DNA of 64,000 nucleotides from the NCBI RefSeq assembly GCF_001194135.2, contig NC_068989.1, forward strand, positions 14,604,927 to 14,668,926. The letters run 5' to 3'. This document shows positions 50,470-63,489 of this stretch, piece by piece. Source of the stretch: Octopus bimaculoides. Lineage: Eukaryota. The notes under the pieces are model-generated. The model saw only the letters and a program-made list of their open reading frames with translations. It did no database searches and had not been told where the DNA came from. Position 1 is the first letter of the stretch; the number at the start of each line of letters is the position of its first letter. The position numbers and the translations under genes were made by a program.

Positions 50470-50974
50470 AGGGGCAAGTGAAATCGAAATTGAACCAAAT
50501 TTGATGACTGGCACCCGTGCCAGTGGAGCGCTAACAGCACCATCCGAGCGGGATCATTGCCAGAGCAGCTGTCTGGCTTCCGTGCCAGTGGCACGTAAAA
50601 TGTACCATTTGAGCGTGATCGTTACCAGCGTCGCCTTACTGGCACTTGTGCCGGCGGCACATGAACAAAACATTCAAGCGAAGTCATTGCCAGTGCCGTT
50701 GGACTGACTCCTGTGCAAGTGGCATGTAAAAAACACCATTTAAGCATGGCTGTTGCCAGTGCCGCCTGACTGACCTTTGTGCCGGTGGCACGTAAAAGCA
50801 CCCACTACACTCTTGGAGTGGTTGGCGTTAGGAAGGGCATCCAGCTGTTGAAACTCTGCTAGATCAGATTGGAGCCTGGTGTAGCCATTTGGTTTGCCAG
50901 TCCTCAGTCAAATCGTCCAACCCATGCTAGCATGGAAAGCGGACGTTAAACGATGATGATGATGATGATGATGA
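50470..50974 (+). mobile_element. RTE-tail retroposon (family C) with five tandem 65-66 nt internal units
   Basis: Units start at 50517, 50582, 50648, 50713 and 50779 (GTGCCRGTGGCACGTAAAA); tail GCGGACGTTAAAC(GAT)n. Confidence 0.8.
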
Positions 50975-52595
50975 TCTTGTCAACTCAACTGGCAAAAATG
51001 AATAGTAGCTGTATTTCGAACAGGCCGGCCTTATCACACTCTGTGTCATACTGAATCTCCCTGTTATGGGTATGCATATCTACGGAGCACTCAACCACCT
51101 GCCCATTAATTTCACAAGCTGGCTGTTCCGTCGATCAGATCACCTAGAACACTCATCGTTGTAACTGACAGCGCCATGGCATGTTGTAGAAGAGGTGAAA
51201 GTGATTTGCTGGAGTTGGAAAGAGATAAAAATAGTGGTGATGAGGTGTCCATGGGTCAACACTTGTGAGATAGAGGACCCAAGAGGTTGGATGGGTGGTG
51301 GCTCCAAAAGTGTACAGGAAGAGTGAGAGAAAGGAATTGGTGAAGGGTGGGGAGGTTGGTAACAATTGTAAAGACTGGGTAGGGTTGAAAGGTAGATGTG
51401 AATGATGGATAAAGGATGGAAGATGACCAGTGATGCACGAGTTGGGGAAGGGGGGGGCCATAGGAAATTACCAGCAGTGCAGAAAAAAGGATGTGTGAGG
51501 AGAACAATAGAAAAATAAGGATGATATACTGATGGTTACAAAATACAGTATAAAATAAATAAAATTATCAGATACACGTGAAACAAAATAATTAACTTCG
51601 TCCGTAGCCACTCCCTTCGTCGCGTTTACATTTGACCATCTTCGGAAATTACTCTATGGGAATTCAATATAATTCTTAGAATCCAGGACGCTCCTACTGA
51701 CAGGTCACCACGACGTTTTGCGTCCTCACGCAACACACTTTGGGCTAGTGGTTCTCAACCGAGGCTCACAAGATTTTGCTTTTTAAATTTATGTGCAATA
51801 AAATGGTTATTCCTCTACAATATACAAAATATTTCAACAATTTTTTAAAATACAATTCCTCATAATATTTAATTATAAAAATATAATGGGACTTCTTTAA
51901 ACCTCGGATATCTACCGAGCTCCGTTCGAGTAAAATAGGAATTAAATGGTTGATAGGTAAAAAATGGTTGAGAGCTATTTCTATAGACCTTTCATGTTAT
52001 ATACAACTTTTTAAAGTGACGGAGGGTGAAATTTCAGACTTTTAAATTTTAATTTTGAAAGGTCATGTCCTAGAAAATACGGATTTATTAGTAACTATAT
52101 ACTACACCCATCGGCTACACACTAAAATACTATCATTAAGAGTGAAGTACTATAAAGAATATTTCCAACTACACACACGTGTGCACATACAATAGTATAA
52201 GAGCAATATTCTGATATAGCTAACACTGGTTCGCGTTGTCAAAATCTTTAGAGCGTCGGACAAAATGCCTTGCGGTATTTAGTTACGGCCCTTTACATGT
52301 TGAGTTCAAATAGCGCCGAGATCATGTACTGGAGGTATTTAATGTGAACGGAGTTACGGTAGAACTCTGCGTCATTTAACTTTAAAAAAAAAAAACAGCA
52401 GTTGTCAAGGGAAGTAACTCAACGGTTTATTAGTTATCTCCCTTCTTTTTGTTGTGTAGTTTAGAATTAAAATAAATCTTTTTTTTTCTCCCACCTCTAA
52501 AACTGAAATCTCAAGCACGCCTGCCTGCCTGCGATCATATTTGCTACTTGTACTATTTGTATGTCTTCCTGCTTCATTAACCAATGCATGTTTCT

Positions 52596-52634
<39 letters not shown>

Positions 52635-53194
52635 CCTTCACTCGTCCAACTTCATTCACTACACCTGCGATCTTAGGTGGAACATCTACCTTTCTACTTT
52701 TCTCTTAATTGCTTTGAATAAAAACCCACAGGCTCCACTTTCTTTTAAAATAGAATAAAAATGATTCAAATGAAAGGTTTCCTTTCTCGGAATCCCATCA
52801 AAATTACAAACAATTCAGTAAATATTTTGAATATGTAGCAATCACTAAGTCGCTTTATAACTACAATTATAATGATTCCACAGAAACATACACACACACA
52901 ATGAACATTCGAAAGAAATGTTGGAGAATTGCTGAGATCAACACTTACATTTTGTCAATTCTTATTTTATTGACTTCTAAAAGAAATTAGAATAAAGTCC
53001 TAGAGGAAGTAAGACTCTAACCATTTGAATATGGAACCATTTTTATCTAGTAACAGGGCTATCTGTACCAAATCTTTCAAGCAATGTTTCCCAACCAAGA
53101 TTCCTTGGAATGTTGACAGCAGTTCCACAAAAAGTTGTCATAAGTAGACAAATTATAGGCAAATGCAATTTTTAACCATTTTTGTGTTTAGTTC

Positions 53195-53570
53195 CATGTG
53201 GCTATGTGGTAAGAAGCTTGCTTCCCAACCACATGGTTCCAGGTTCAGTCCCACTGCATGGCACCTTGGGCAAGTGTCTTCTTCTATAGCCTCAAGCTGA
53301 CCATAGCCTTGCGAGTGGATTTGGTAGACGGAAACTGAAAGAAGCCTGTCATATATGTTTATATGCACGTGTCTATCTCCCCACCATCGCTTGACAACTG
53401 ATGTTGGTGTGTTTACATCTACATAACTTAGCGGTTCGGCAAAAGAGACCGACAGAATAAGAACCAGGCTTACAAAGAATATGTCCTGGGGTCGATTTGT
53501 TCGACTGAAGGCGGTGCTCCAGCATGGCCACTGTCAAATGACTGAAACAAGTAAAAGATTAAAAGAATAT
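53195..53570 (+). mobile_element. SINE family A
   Basis: Homologous to the 28351 and 37235 copies. Confidence 0.88.
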
Positions 53571-55264
53571 AGCACATTCTCCAAGATAGGGAAATTTTGG
53601 CATCTGTAACTAGTAAGAAGATACTATGGAGAAAATGGTCACATAATAAAGAATTGGGATGCATTTAGTTTAAATTAAGATTGTGATTAAAATGGAATAC
53701 TTTCACTTTTCTTTCTGGCATTTGATGGGTTTAGTATTACCAAACCTTTTAAAGACAGTTCTGTGATTTGCTTAATCTCTTTTGAAAGAGAAGAAAAAAC
53801 ATAATAAAGATATTTAAACATTTTTATATAAAAGTTCCATGTTACATGGAATGTATTTCAGGGATTCTCAAAGAGTATAATGGTTGCCTTAGAATCTCTT
53901 AAGCACAAATTTTTTATAGTCCAAATTTAGTCATAAGGTTCTTTAGTGTTTAGCAAATGTTACAACTTCAAGCATTTCTCATTCAAATTTATCTCAGCAA
54001 AGTTTTTATAACTATTTCCATTTAGATGGGTTTTCTGATGCAAAATTTTTTATCCCATTCATTTTGTGCTAGAATGGTGAAAATAAATTTTGTTTTTATT
54101 CTACTTTTCAATGCTAGCATCAGTTAGATGGACATGCATTATGTTAAATAGAATTCAGGTATCTTTAAATTGTTGTAGCTAAGGTTCCTTTTCCATAAAC
54201 AATATTGTATCTTAAGCACCAATTGAAATACATAGTTATATGTATGTATACATAAGTATCTTATTGAAAGCTTTCCTTAATTGATGCCAAATTTAATTGC
54301 TTCAGACTTCAAAGGAAATATGAATTGACAGCTGGATTTTAATTGGCCAGCTGCATGTATAAAATTGTAGTTATTTAAATGTAGTTACCATAAAAAGTGT
54401 ACATGGATAAGTTCATTAATTGAAGACTACAGATCAGAGGTTGACTGTTTATATCTTGTTAATGACATGTGCCCATTGCAAAAATGCATAACTAGAAATA
54501 GTTAAATCCAAACAGCTCTAAAGTATCTTATCATTGGATATTAAAACATGCTTCTGTTTGGATCACATCACAGTGCTGAATTCAGTTTCCCTTGTAAATA
54601 AAATTTCTTATGCTGTAGACTAAATTCTCTCCCTGGGATTTGTTTCCTCTTCCACTTAATGCTACTGAAACCAGAAGACCAATATTTACATGAATTCCTT
54701 TCATTTGAACAAGAAAATATCAGCTTCGGCAGTTATAATGCCATTTTTAGAGAAGTCAAATTTGACTAAAAAATAGGAGTTTCATTAATTAATGTATTAT
54801 TCCAAAATTTTGGCTCATTTCATCTTTACTATCTAATATATGCATTTACCTGTGAGATTGGATAAGCTTTTAATTCATCAAATGCTTTAACACCGGCACC
54901 GTTCCTTAACTAGAGAACCTAGGTTTCAGTCATTTCGCTACCTTATGCTGAAATGTAAACATTTACACAAAAACCTATCAATAAAGTTCTGCTGGCACTT
55001 TCTTACTCACAATTGTGCAATCAAAGAAAGGTATGAGCTCTTCTGAAGATTTTATAATGCTTAGCTGGAGCTCGGCATTTTTCAAAGTTAACTCAGAAAC
55101 TCATATCAGTAGAAATTTGGTCATCTTCTCAAGTCATCTAAACCAGGTTGTCCTGGGCAAAGTGACTACAGAAATTGGGTTAAACAGAGTTACTCTTTGC
55201 TCATGTACTGACATATCTGAAACCCATAAAAAAAAAACTTGGACTTGGCATTACTGTGTTAAAT

Positions 55265-55480
55265 GATCTGTTCTACTCTAAGCACAAGGCCCAAAATTTT
55301 TTTGGTAGGGGAGCAGTTGATTAGATCAACTCCAGTACACAACTGGTACTTAATTTATCAACCCCGAAAGGATGAAAGGCAAAGTCGACCTGGGCGGAAT
55401 TTGAACTCAAAACGTAAAGACAAACAAAATACCGCTAAGCATTTCACCCGGGATGCTAACATTTCTGTCAGCTCACCGCC
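55265..55480 (-). mobile_element. SINE family B with TSD
   Basis: 14-bp TSD TTACTGTGTTAAAT at 55251-55264 and 55481-55494. Confidence 0.88.
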
Positions 55481-56018
55481 TTACTGTGTTAAATAATTAA
55501 ACAATAATTGTGTATCCATCCTTGCTGCTTACAGCAATTAAGTGAATTTATTCACACTGGTGCGCTGTGCCAGTAAAAGTTGTCAAGTACCTGGGCCATG
55601 ATCATAATGCAATATCAGTTACAGGTAATTTTCAATATCAACTCTACCTGTTCATATATCAGCAAAACCAATTCTACACTTGAACTGGAGTCATTTTTTA
55701 AAATCCCTTAAATTATTCCAAATTCTTGAATCAATCTTTTGAAATTTCACCCTTTAAAAAAAAAAAAAATTTTTTTTTTTCTCTTTCTTTAGCTTATTGC
55801 CTGTGTGAGGTTCCACATACTTATTATTTGTCTTTTCCTGTCTATTCTTTGCACTTCACCTACCTGGATCCCCTTCAATCTACCTAAAAATTCTACCCCC
55901 CCTACCTTTTTTTTTTTAATTCCTTGGTGCTGCCATTTCCCTTCTTTTGAATGCCTGTCTGTCTGTCTGTCTTTTGTATAATTGCATTGTATCTGTTGTC
56001 TTTTTTCCGTTTGGGTAG

Positions 56019-56138
56019 CTGATGGTACTGGTGGGGGTTTGGTACAAGTCCCAGACTTGCCTCCGGATATTCAGCAATTTGACTTCAAGTATAAACCAGG
56101 CCGCAGTTTTTTACCTCCCGACCCAAATGAGCCAAGAG
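56019..56138 (+). CDS. DCC: Probable DCC/neogenin exon: FN6-TM linker (ADGTGGGLVQVPDLPPDIQQFDFKYKPGRSFLPPDPNEPR)
   Basis: GC-richer island in AT-rich intron; poly-Y...GGTAG acceptor, GAG|GTAAGC donor, 120 nt, phase 1-1, open in the required frame. No recognisable homology (linker). Confidence 0.75.
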
Positions 56139-57894
56139 GTAAGCAGAGGTTTCAAGACAAGCAAAATATTGCAATAAATATAATTAAAAAAATAACTTTA
56201 TTTTTCTTAAATATATTTCTTTAAACAATAATTATTTTTAAAATTTAGCTATTTTCCCCTCCCACTGAACTTTAAAATTTTAAACTAATTCAAAATGCAT
56301 GGTGTTGATTTATAATTTTAAAAATACATATATATATATATATATATACACACACACTAAATAATCTAACATTTTTTTGCTTTCTTAAATTTAAATTACA
56401 TTTTGAGCTTTTTTTTTTTATTGATTTATTTTGCATAGCTAGAAATGCTAATTAAATAAATAGATAAATAAACAAACAAATAAACTAAATAATTAGTCGA
56501 CTGAGTTGAAACTTGTTTTTTAAATGTCACATCAATTATGTATCTACTTGTCTGTTATAAAAACAAAACAATGTACACATAATAGTGCTCGGCTGCTTAA
56601 GGCTATATTCACCGATTGTTCTATCAATGGGGTGGTGTTAACCTTTTGAAGAGCAGAACGATTGAACAATTCCATAGTTTGTTTCACAATAATAGCATTT
56701 TCAGAAATCTCATAAAAACCAAAAAATATATATATATGATAAATAAAATAAATAATAATAAATGAATAAATAGAAATAAAAAATGAAACAATTGTTTTTT
56801 TATTCTCTCTCTCTCTCTCTTTCCCTCTCTCTCTCCCTCCCTCCCTCTCCCTCTCNNNNNNNNNNNNNNNNNNNNNNNNCTCCCTCCCTCTCTCTCCCTC
56901 CCTCTCTCTCTCTCTCTTTTAACTTTATAGAATGTTATTCTGCATGACATTTTTCAAAACAATTCTTCACAACATCTAACATATCTGAGAGTAGAGTGTT
57001 GTATTGTTTAAAGATGCCATCATGAGTTGAAGAGGTTTTTTTTGTTTATATCAATCACTTGTTCATTGTTCAAACACTACTTTATCAATTATTGACCTGT
57101 GTCCAAGTGACAACAGCTTTATTCATCCACAATGGAACGATTTAAATATCAGTGTCTTCCGAAGTCTTCTACTCCAATAACCTTTACCCATCTCCTGCTT
57201 ACTATAAACCCAGCCCGAGTACTTTCATGCCCGACCTTTATATTATCCACAACATCCCCTTATGAGTTGGGGGGAGGGGAATGCTTTTCCAGGCAAAAAA
57301 AAAACCTACCAGTTTATTGAACCTTTTAACATTTAGATAACTCAATCAAATGTAATTCTTATGTATTCACATTTTTCTAAAATAATCGTGCATTATCTCA
57401 TAGCTTTGAGATTTCAATGATGTGATTGTTCAGATTGGGAATGAAACTGTAAGGTCGGTGTGAGAGATTAGATCTGATCAGTTTGAACATAAAACGGGTA
57501 GAATATTTTGGCCACATCTGGCCAGTTTAAATGCTAGAAGGTTATCTTCAATGGGACTGAACCCGGAACCATGTGGTTTGTAAGCAAGCTACTTACCACG
57601 CAGCCACTCCTGCGCCTATGATCTGGAGAATATTCTGACAGATGGTGAATGCAGCAATAGTTCATGCCCCTCACACCTGTCCTGATGGCTTTTCGCTAGA
57701 TATTCATTGAACATATGTCAGGGTTTCTGAGGAATCCTTCTCACCAACCTAGTCTGGTGGAGGCACTATTTTGGTTACTATGTCTAATTAATTAATAGCT
57801 TAAATGAGACATGAGCAAAAGCATCTGAGTACAAAGTCAGGGTAATAATTGAAGAGAAAAAAAAATTAAAGAAAAATTGATTAGTGTTTTGGAC

Positions 57895-58169
57895 CAGAGG
57901 TTTTCAAACTTTTTGACTTGCGGACCCCTTTATATTTCAGGCTTTACCTTAGGGACCCCCTTATAAACGCTTATGAAATTTATACATAAATATTTGCCTA
58001 AAATAACATATATTTTTACATTTATTTATTTAACAGTATTTAACAAATAGGTTTAATGTCAATTAAAAGATTTCGATTAAAAAACATATATAGAATCAAA
58101 TTGCCCATAAAAAGTATTTGCTGTCCACGGACCCCCTGTGGTCCGCGGACCACAGTTTGAAAACCCCTG
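57895..58169. mobile_element. hAT MITE, inverted near-identical copy of 48667-48941
   Basis: 8-bp TSD TTTTGGAC at 57887-57894 and 58170-58177; about 5 mismatches in 275 nt versus the other copy by manual comparison. Confidence 0.92.
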
Positions 58170-59669
58170 TTTTGGACAATGGTCCTTCGTTATGAAAGAA
58201 GCGAGGAAAGAAAAATACAGCAGGATGTAAAAATGTGAGGAAAGAAAGAAAAACAAGTTGATTCAAAGATGTACCATATTTATTTGGTCACTTTCTCCCT
58301 TTCTTTCCTCCCGAAGTATTAAATACTTTCACTTTGTGCTTTGTTTGTTATTGTTTTGATTTGGTTTTGGTTTTTTGTTGGGTTTTTTTTTATATTTGCT
58401 CATGTCTCACTTGAATATTAATTGCCACACTGATGCAAATAACCCAGATTACTCCTGGATATATATACACACACACACACACACATGTATACATGCGAGC
58501 GCGCGCGTGCCTCTTGCTGTAGTATTTTCTTGTTTCACTGTGTGGTTATAGTTCTTGTTATTTGCTATTTTCTTTGGGGTTTTTTTTTTTTGTGGGCTTC
58601 ATTTTTTTTTTTTTTGTGTAAAAGCATTTCATTAAACTCAAACTTTATCATTTGAATCATGAGTGAGACACAAACAGTGGTATGATTTCATTGAGAGTTA
58701 AATAAAATGACCACTGGCAGTTGGGACCAAGCTCTCTGTCCTTCCCCGAGTACACTAGTCTTACCCAGCCACTCATAGACGATACCCTGTTATGATTCAG
58801 ATGCTCTGGCTAAGATGGACACACTGCTGGTGAGATAGGTATTAAGAAGTCTGCTTTGTAACCATCTGATTCCAGGTTCAATACCACTATGTGGTGCCTT
58901 GGACAAGTGTCTTTTGTAACCTTAAATTGACAAATGCTTTGTGGGTGAAATTTGGTTGATTAACAGAAACTGTGCAGAAGATGGTGTTTGACGTTTGATT
59001 GTAATATGTAATAATAATATATAGTAATAATGATTTTAGTACATAAATAGGTCAATAATTCTGAACCAATCCTATATGTATATATAATCAATTAATTACC
59101 TGTAAATCAGGGAAAAAAACACAATGAGTAATGGAGAGGTTATATTTTTATATACCTGAAGGACATTCCTATCAAAGAACTTAAACAAATTACCTCCCAT
59201 AATTCTATTAACTGGAATTTTTTTATGAGACTTTGATTTCTAGCATAAAACAGCCTTAGAAACACGCTGGAATGATCAAAATAACATTTCAAATTAACAT
59301 TTTAAATAGAAATAAGTGAGATATTGGGTGAAAAATTAGCAAACCTCATTTGAATATCAGAGAAATATACCTAGTAGATATAGCAAAAAGGTTAGATATG
59401 TGTAAATATTGACAGATAATTACGAAATTTGTAATTTTATAGTGATCTCATATGAGATCACTGGTAGGTAATGGGTTAATATCGCAGAAAAGAGGAAGGT
59501 TAGAAATTTCATATGGTCTACCCTGTGTAAACTATGGGTGCTTAAGAGGTACAGAGGTACCATAGGCAAGCTAAAGAGAAGGTAGACTTCATATGCAGCA
59601 TATATACAAGGATAATAAGTATTAATAACACATGAAATAGATTCTCTCAAATGCCCTGACAGCTTCTGT

Positions 59670-60190
59670 TATGTGGCTGACATAATTAGCAGTGGAGGTA
59701 GGTGTTCCAAAAGTAGCGCAACCCAAGGTTAGAATGGGCTAAATAAAGTTCAGAGAGCTATTACCGCTGCTGGTAACAAAGAGTTTCTCTCTTTAGAGTG
59801 ACAGTTGAATATATGATGCCTATGTACAAAATATAATGCTGCACGGTTGTGAGACGTGGGCTCTGAATGCGAAGAATTTACAAAGGCTGGAAAGATACGA
59901 AGCAAGCATGGTTTCCTGGGTGTTTAATGTTTGTATGCATGAACAATGGAGTACACATTCACTGGAGAAACATTGGATGTAAGATGAATCAGATGTACAA
60001 AAGAGAAGACTGCATTTGTAAGGGCGTTTAATGCACATTGAAGATGACAGTTGTGTAAAGAAATGCAAGCCATTCATGGTGGATGAACCTGCAGAAGAGG
60101 GAGATCTAAGAAGACATGGGATGAAGTGGTGGAGACTAATCTGAGGATGCTGAACCTAATGGAGGAGATGAAAAAAGATGGTGATGATTG
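59670..60190 (+). mobile_element. RTE-clade LINE reverse-transcriptase C-terminal relic
   Basis: KFRELLPLLVTK...MLHGCETWALNAKNLQRLERYEASMVSW...RRLHL*GRLMHIEDDSCVKKC...GRSKKTWDEVV with stops and frameshifts. Confidence 0.85.
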
Positions 60191-61411
60191 ATGACAAGAA
60201 GATCCACCCACTTATGCAAATACAGTGAAATGATTATTAAAATGGTTTTGGAGACTGAGAAGTATAATATGTCTATATTTAGGTCTCTTGTTCACTATGT
60301 CCCTGGATTTACTATCTCCTGTGCCTCTTGAGACCCTTTCATTTCTATCACCCCACATCCTCCTCTTTCAGCCCTTTCTTCTGTTCATTCTGTTATGCTG
60401 CCTGTGCAACTAAGCATGGTAGTGTTTGCTATTCTATGCTGTTCATGTAACAAAGGTTAGCATTGGACTTGTCTGACCCTCCCATCCCTCTGGTATTCAG
60501 CTTCTCTTTTATTAACTGTACCTTGCAGCCTGTGTTCCCATCTATACACCATGCTTTGCTGCCTTTGAAATGAAGGATGGCTCTGGCCCTTTGCCCTATT
60601 CTATCGTCCCTACCACCATGCTTATCATTCTATTGTTTGTGCCCATTACAAGGCTTATTTATATATATAAAAGACTGCATCAGGTCTGTTTGTGCCAATA
60701 CATATCTTCACCATTTCTGTATTGCCAGTCATCACTCTCTCTCTCCTGACCATTTGTTATTGACATACACTACAGTTACCATTGTCCATCTCCACTACTG
60801 TCCACCCCCTCTACCCCCTTCTCCTTAATCACCATTTCTACCTCCATACTCTTGTTTTTTTTCTTCACCTACCCATCCTGGTTTTTCTCCTGTCATTGTT
60901 CCATCAGCCATTTACTCTCACGATCACATTGCCTTCAGCAAATGAACCCACCTTAGACTAACGAGGGTTCTTTAGACTTAACAAAATAGAAAGCAACTTC
61001 ATTGATACCAGTGCCGTATCAAAACGCAGCCAGTACATTCTGTCATGTAGTTGGCAAACAAGGTGAGACAGTTTAGGATGGATCAAGAGGGAGGTTTAAT
61101 CCTAATCAAGGACACAGCAACCTCCCTGCTGTTGGTGTAGTGATAAAATGCTGTTTGTACACACTGTAAAGTAATTGGTGCTAAGGTGGATATCCAGCCA
61201 TAAAAAAAAACATGACAAAACTGAAACATACAGGTGTCATGATCCTCCATTCTGTCTAGGGGGCGCGCAATGGCTCCAAATATCTTTTACTTTGGTAATC
61301 TGTCCAGTCTATGCTAGCATGGAAAGCAAACAAAAATAATGATATATAATTCACACATGTACTATTGGCTTAGTGAATAAGACTGTTATGTGTATAGTCA
61401 ACACAAGTTTT

Positions 61412-61908
61412 TTAACTCTTTAGCATTTAGACTGGCCATATCCGGCCTAAGTATTCCATCCACTTTATTATGATCAATCTGGCCAGAGCTGGCCTCTCAC
61501 ACCTAGCCTGTAATATTATTAAGATAAACAGTCACATCTTTGAAATCTCAGACCTAAAACATTCGAGCGAGATCGTTGCCAATGCCAATGGACTGGCTCC
61601 TGTGCAGGTGGCACGGAAAATACACCATTTTGAGTGTGGCTGTTGCCAGTACCGCCTGACTGGCCCTTGTGCCGGTGGCACGTAAAAGCACCCACTACAC
61701 TCTCGGAGTGGTTGGCGTTAGGAAAGGCATCCAGCTGTAGAAACTCTGCCAAATCAGATTGGAGCCTGGTGTCACCTCCTGGACCACCAGTCCTCAGTCA
61801 AATCGTCCAACCCATGCTAGCATGGAAAGCGGACGTTAAACGACAACGATGATGATGAAAATGTGAATAAATAAGTTTGACAAAATAATCTGAATGCTAA
61901 AGAGTTAA
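61412..61908. mobile_element. piggyBac-like MITE interrupted by a family C retroposon (61567-61859)
   Basis: TTAA-CTCTTTAGCATT ... AATGCTAAAGAG-TTAA ends; the internal segment matches 50700-50960. Confidence 0.8.
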
Positions 61909-63489
61909 GGCCATATTCATTGCTAAAAGTTCAGGTTAGGCTTACAGGCATCATGATTAATCATCACAGTCCTGTTTAGATTCTCTTCCCATTGCCTACA
62001 CATTTGGCCACCACGTACTACATCAGGGATATACTGCACCTTTTCAAAAAATTATATACATGCAATGTTTTGGGTGGGTGATTTAAAAATTTTTTTTTTT
62101 AAATATATGATAGGTATAAACAGTACAACACAAATATAGAAATTTTGGATACAAATAAATATATAGACCAAGAATATCACCATCCATTCAAATACCAATC
62201 ATCATCATATCTATATTGTTATTGCATACTTCAATATGGTCTGATGGCTATCTTACTTTACTATTTCTTATTGCAAACCATTTCATGTTCTGTCTTTCTT
62301 ATTCTTGAGTCCCAAAGTAGATTTGAACCTGGAGGCTTTGTTTCTGAACTAAAAATCATTACAGCCTTATTCAGTGGCTCAGTGTATAATAAAAATCATA
62401 CAGATAGATAAATAGGTAAATGGGGAAAAAATTTTAACAGAATCCTCAGTAAGCTCTTCTGCAAATACCAGCTAACAGAGTACGTATTTGTAGAAGGTTT
62501 ATCTCAGAGAAGAAAATATCCATACAAGCTGAAATTACAAGTCAAATAGATTAGTCACTAAGCATGAATATATAAAATTAAAGTCTGGAATTTATGGTAT
62601 TATATTTATTTCTTCAATTACACTCGTTTCTACGCAACATGGGAAAGACATTTCATGAATATTGATGTAAATACGAATATAAATAAATTTCATTATACAT
62701 TTTTTAAATCTAAACCATGTGTGTTTCTCCAGACTTGTATATAAAGCTCTGAAGTTAATACCCTTCAGCTTTCTTGCTCATTTCAGTTTAGCTTTTATTT
62801 AAATCTAAAAAAATCTTCATTTATCTATTTGCCTTATTTTTAATATTTACTACCACAACCACCCACATGTTGATGCATGGGGGTCATCGTAGCGTTAAAT
62901 ATTAACCGATTATCTCTATTCAGACAAACCATGAAATTAGTTCCTGCTAAGTTTTTTTCTTTCTCTCTTGGGTTTTTTTTTTTCTTTGTTCGTTCGTTTG
63001 TTTGTTTTGTATACTACATTGCTTTCTGTTTTGTTTCGGTATATTCATATTTGTTTTTTATTGTTTTGTTTGTTTCTAATTTTAATTTTTTTTTTCATTT
63101 GATGTTGTTTTTTTTTTTTCTTGTTGTTTCTTTTTTTGCATAACTGAAGCAACTACACAAATATCTGTTGGTAATTTATTTTTCATTCAATTTACTGCAC
63201 ATTTGATTACCTGCATTTACAATTCTACACTTGCATGATTAATTTACGTTTGTAGTTCAATTAATAGTAAATATCGTTGTGTCCTGCATTGATATTTCTT
63301 TAATTATTGTTCCCCCTCCACCCCTTTCACCCTCTAACCCTCATTGGGAATATTAATTCTCAAAGCCTGCATCAATTAACAATCTAGTGTTGTTACTACT
63401 GTTGTTAACGACGATGCTGTTAGTTTATTGAATTTATTTTTTGCTTGTTGTTTTCGTTTTTTGTTTCTACCTTTTCATTTACCTTGCAG

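Noticed and set aside
50481-50800. Regularly spaced repeats resembling a CRISPR array
   Set aside because: Eukaryotic context; the whole unit including the spacers is homologous between copies; no cas genes.
51746-51978. Possible further hAT MITE (TAGTGGTTCTCAACC ... GGTTGAGAG)
   Set aside because: The right TIR is degenerate and no 8-bp TSD is identifiable, so it was not called as a feature.
55619-55624. Possible 6-nt microexon CAG|TTACAG|GTAATT in the FN6-TM region
   Set aside because: No pyrimidine tract upstream; expected by chance.
58459-58510. Alternating purine-pyrimidine run ending in GCGCGCGCG (Z-DNA-prone)
   Set aside because: Ordinary compound microsatellite in a genome full of them.
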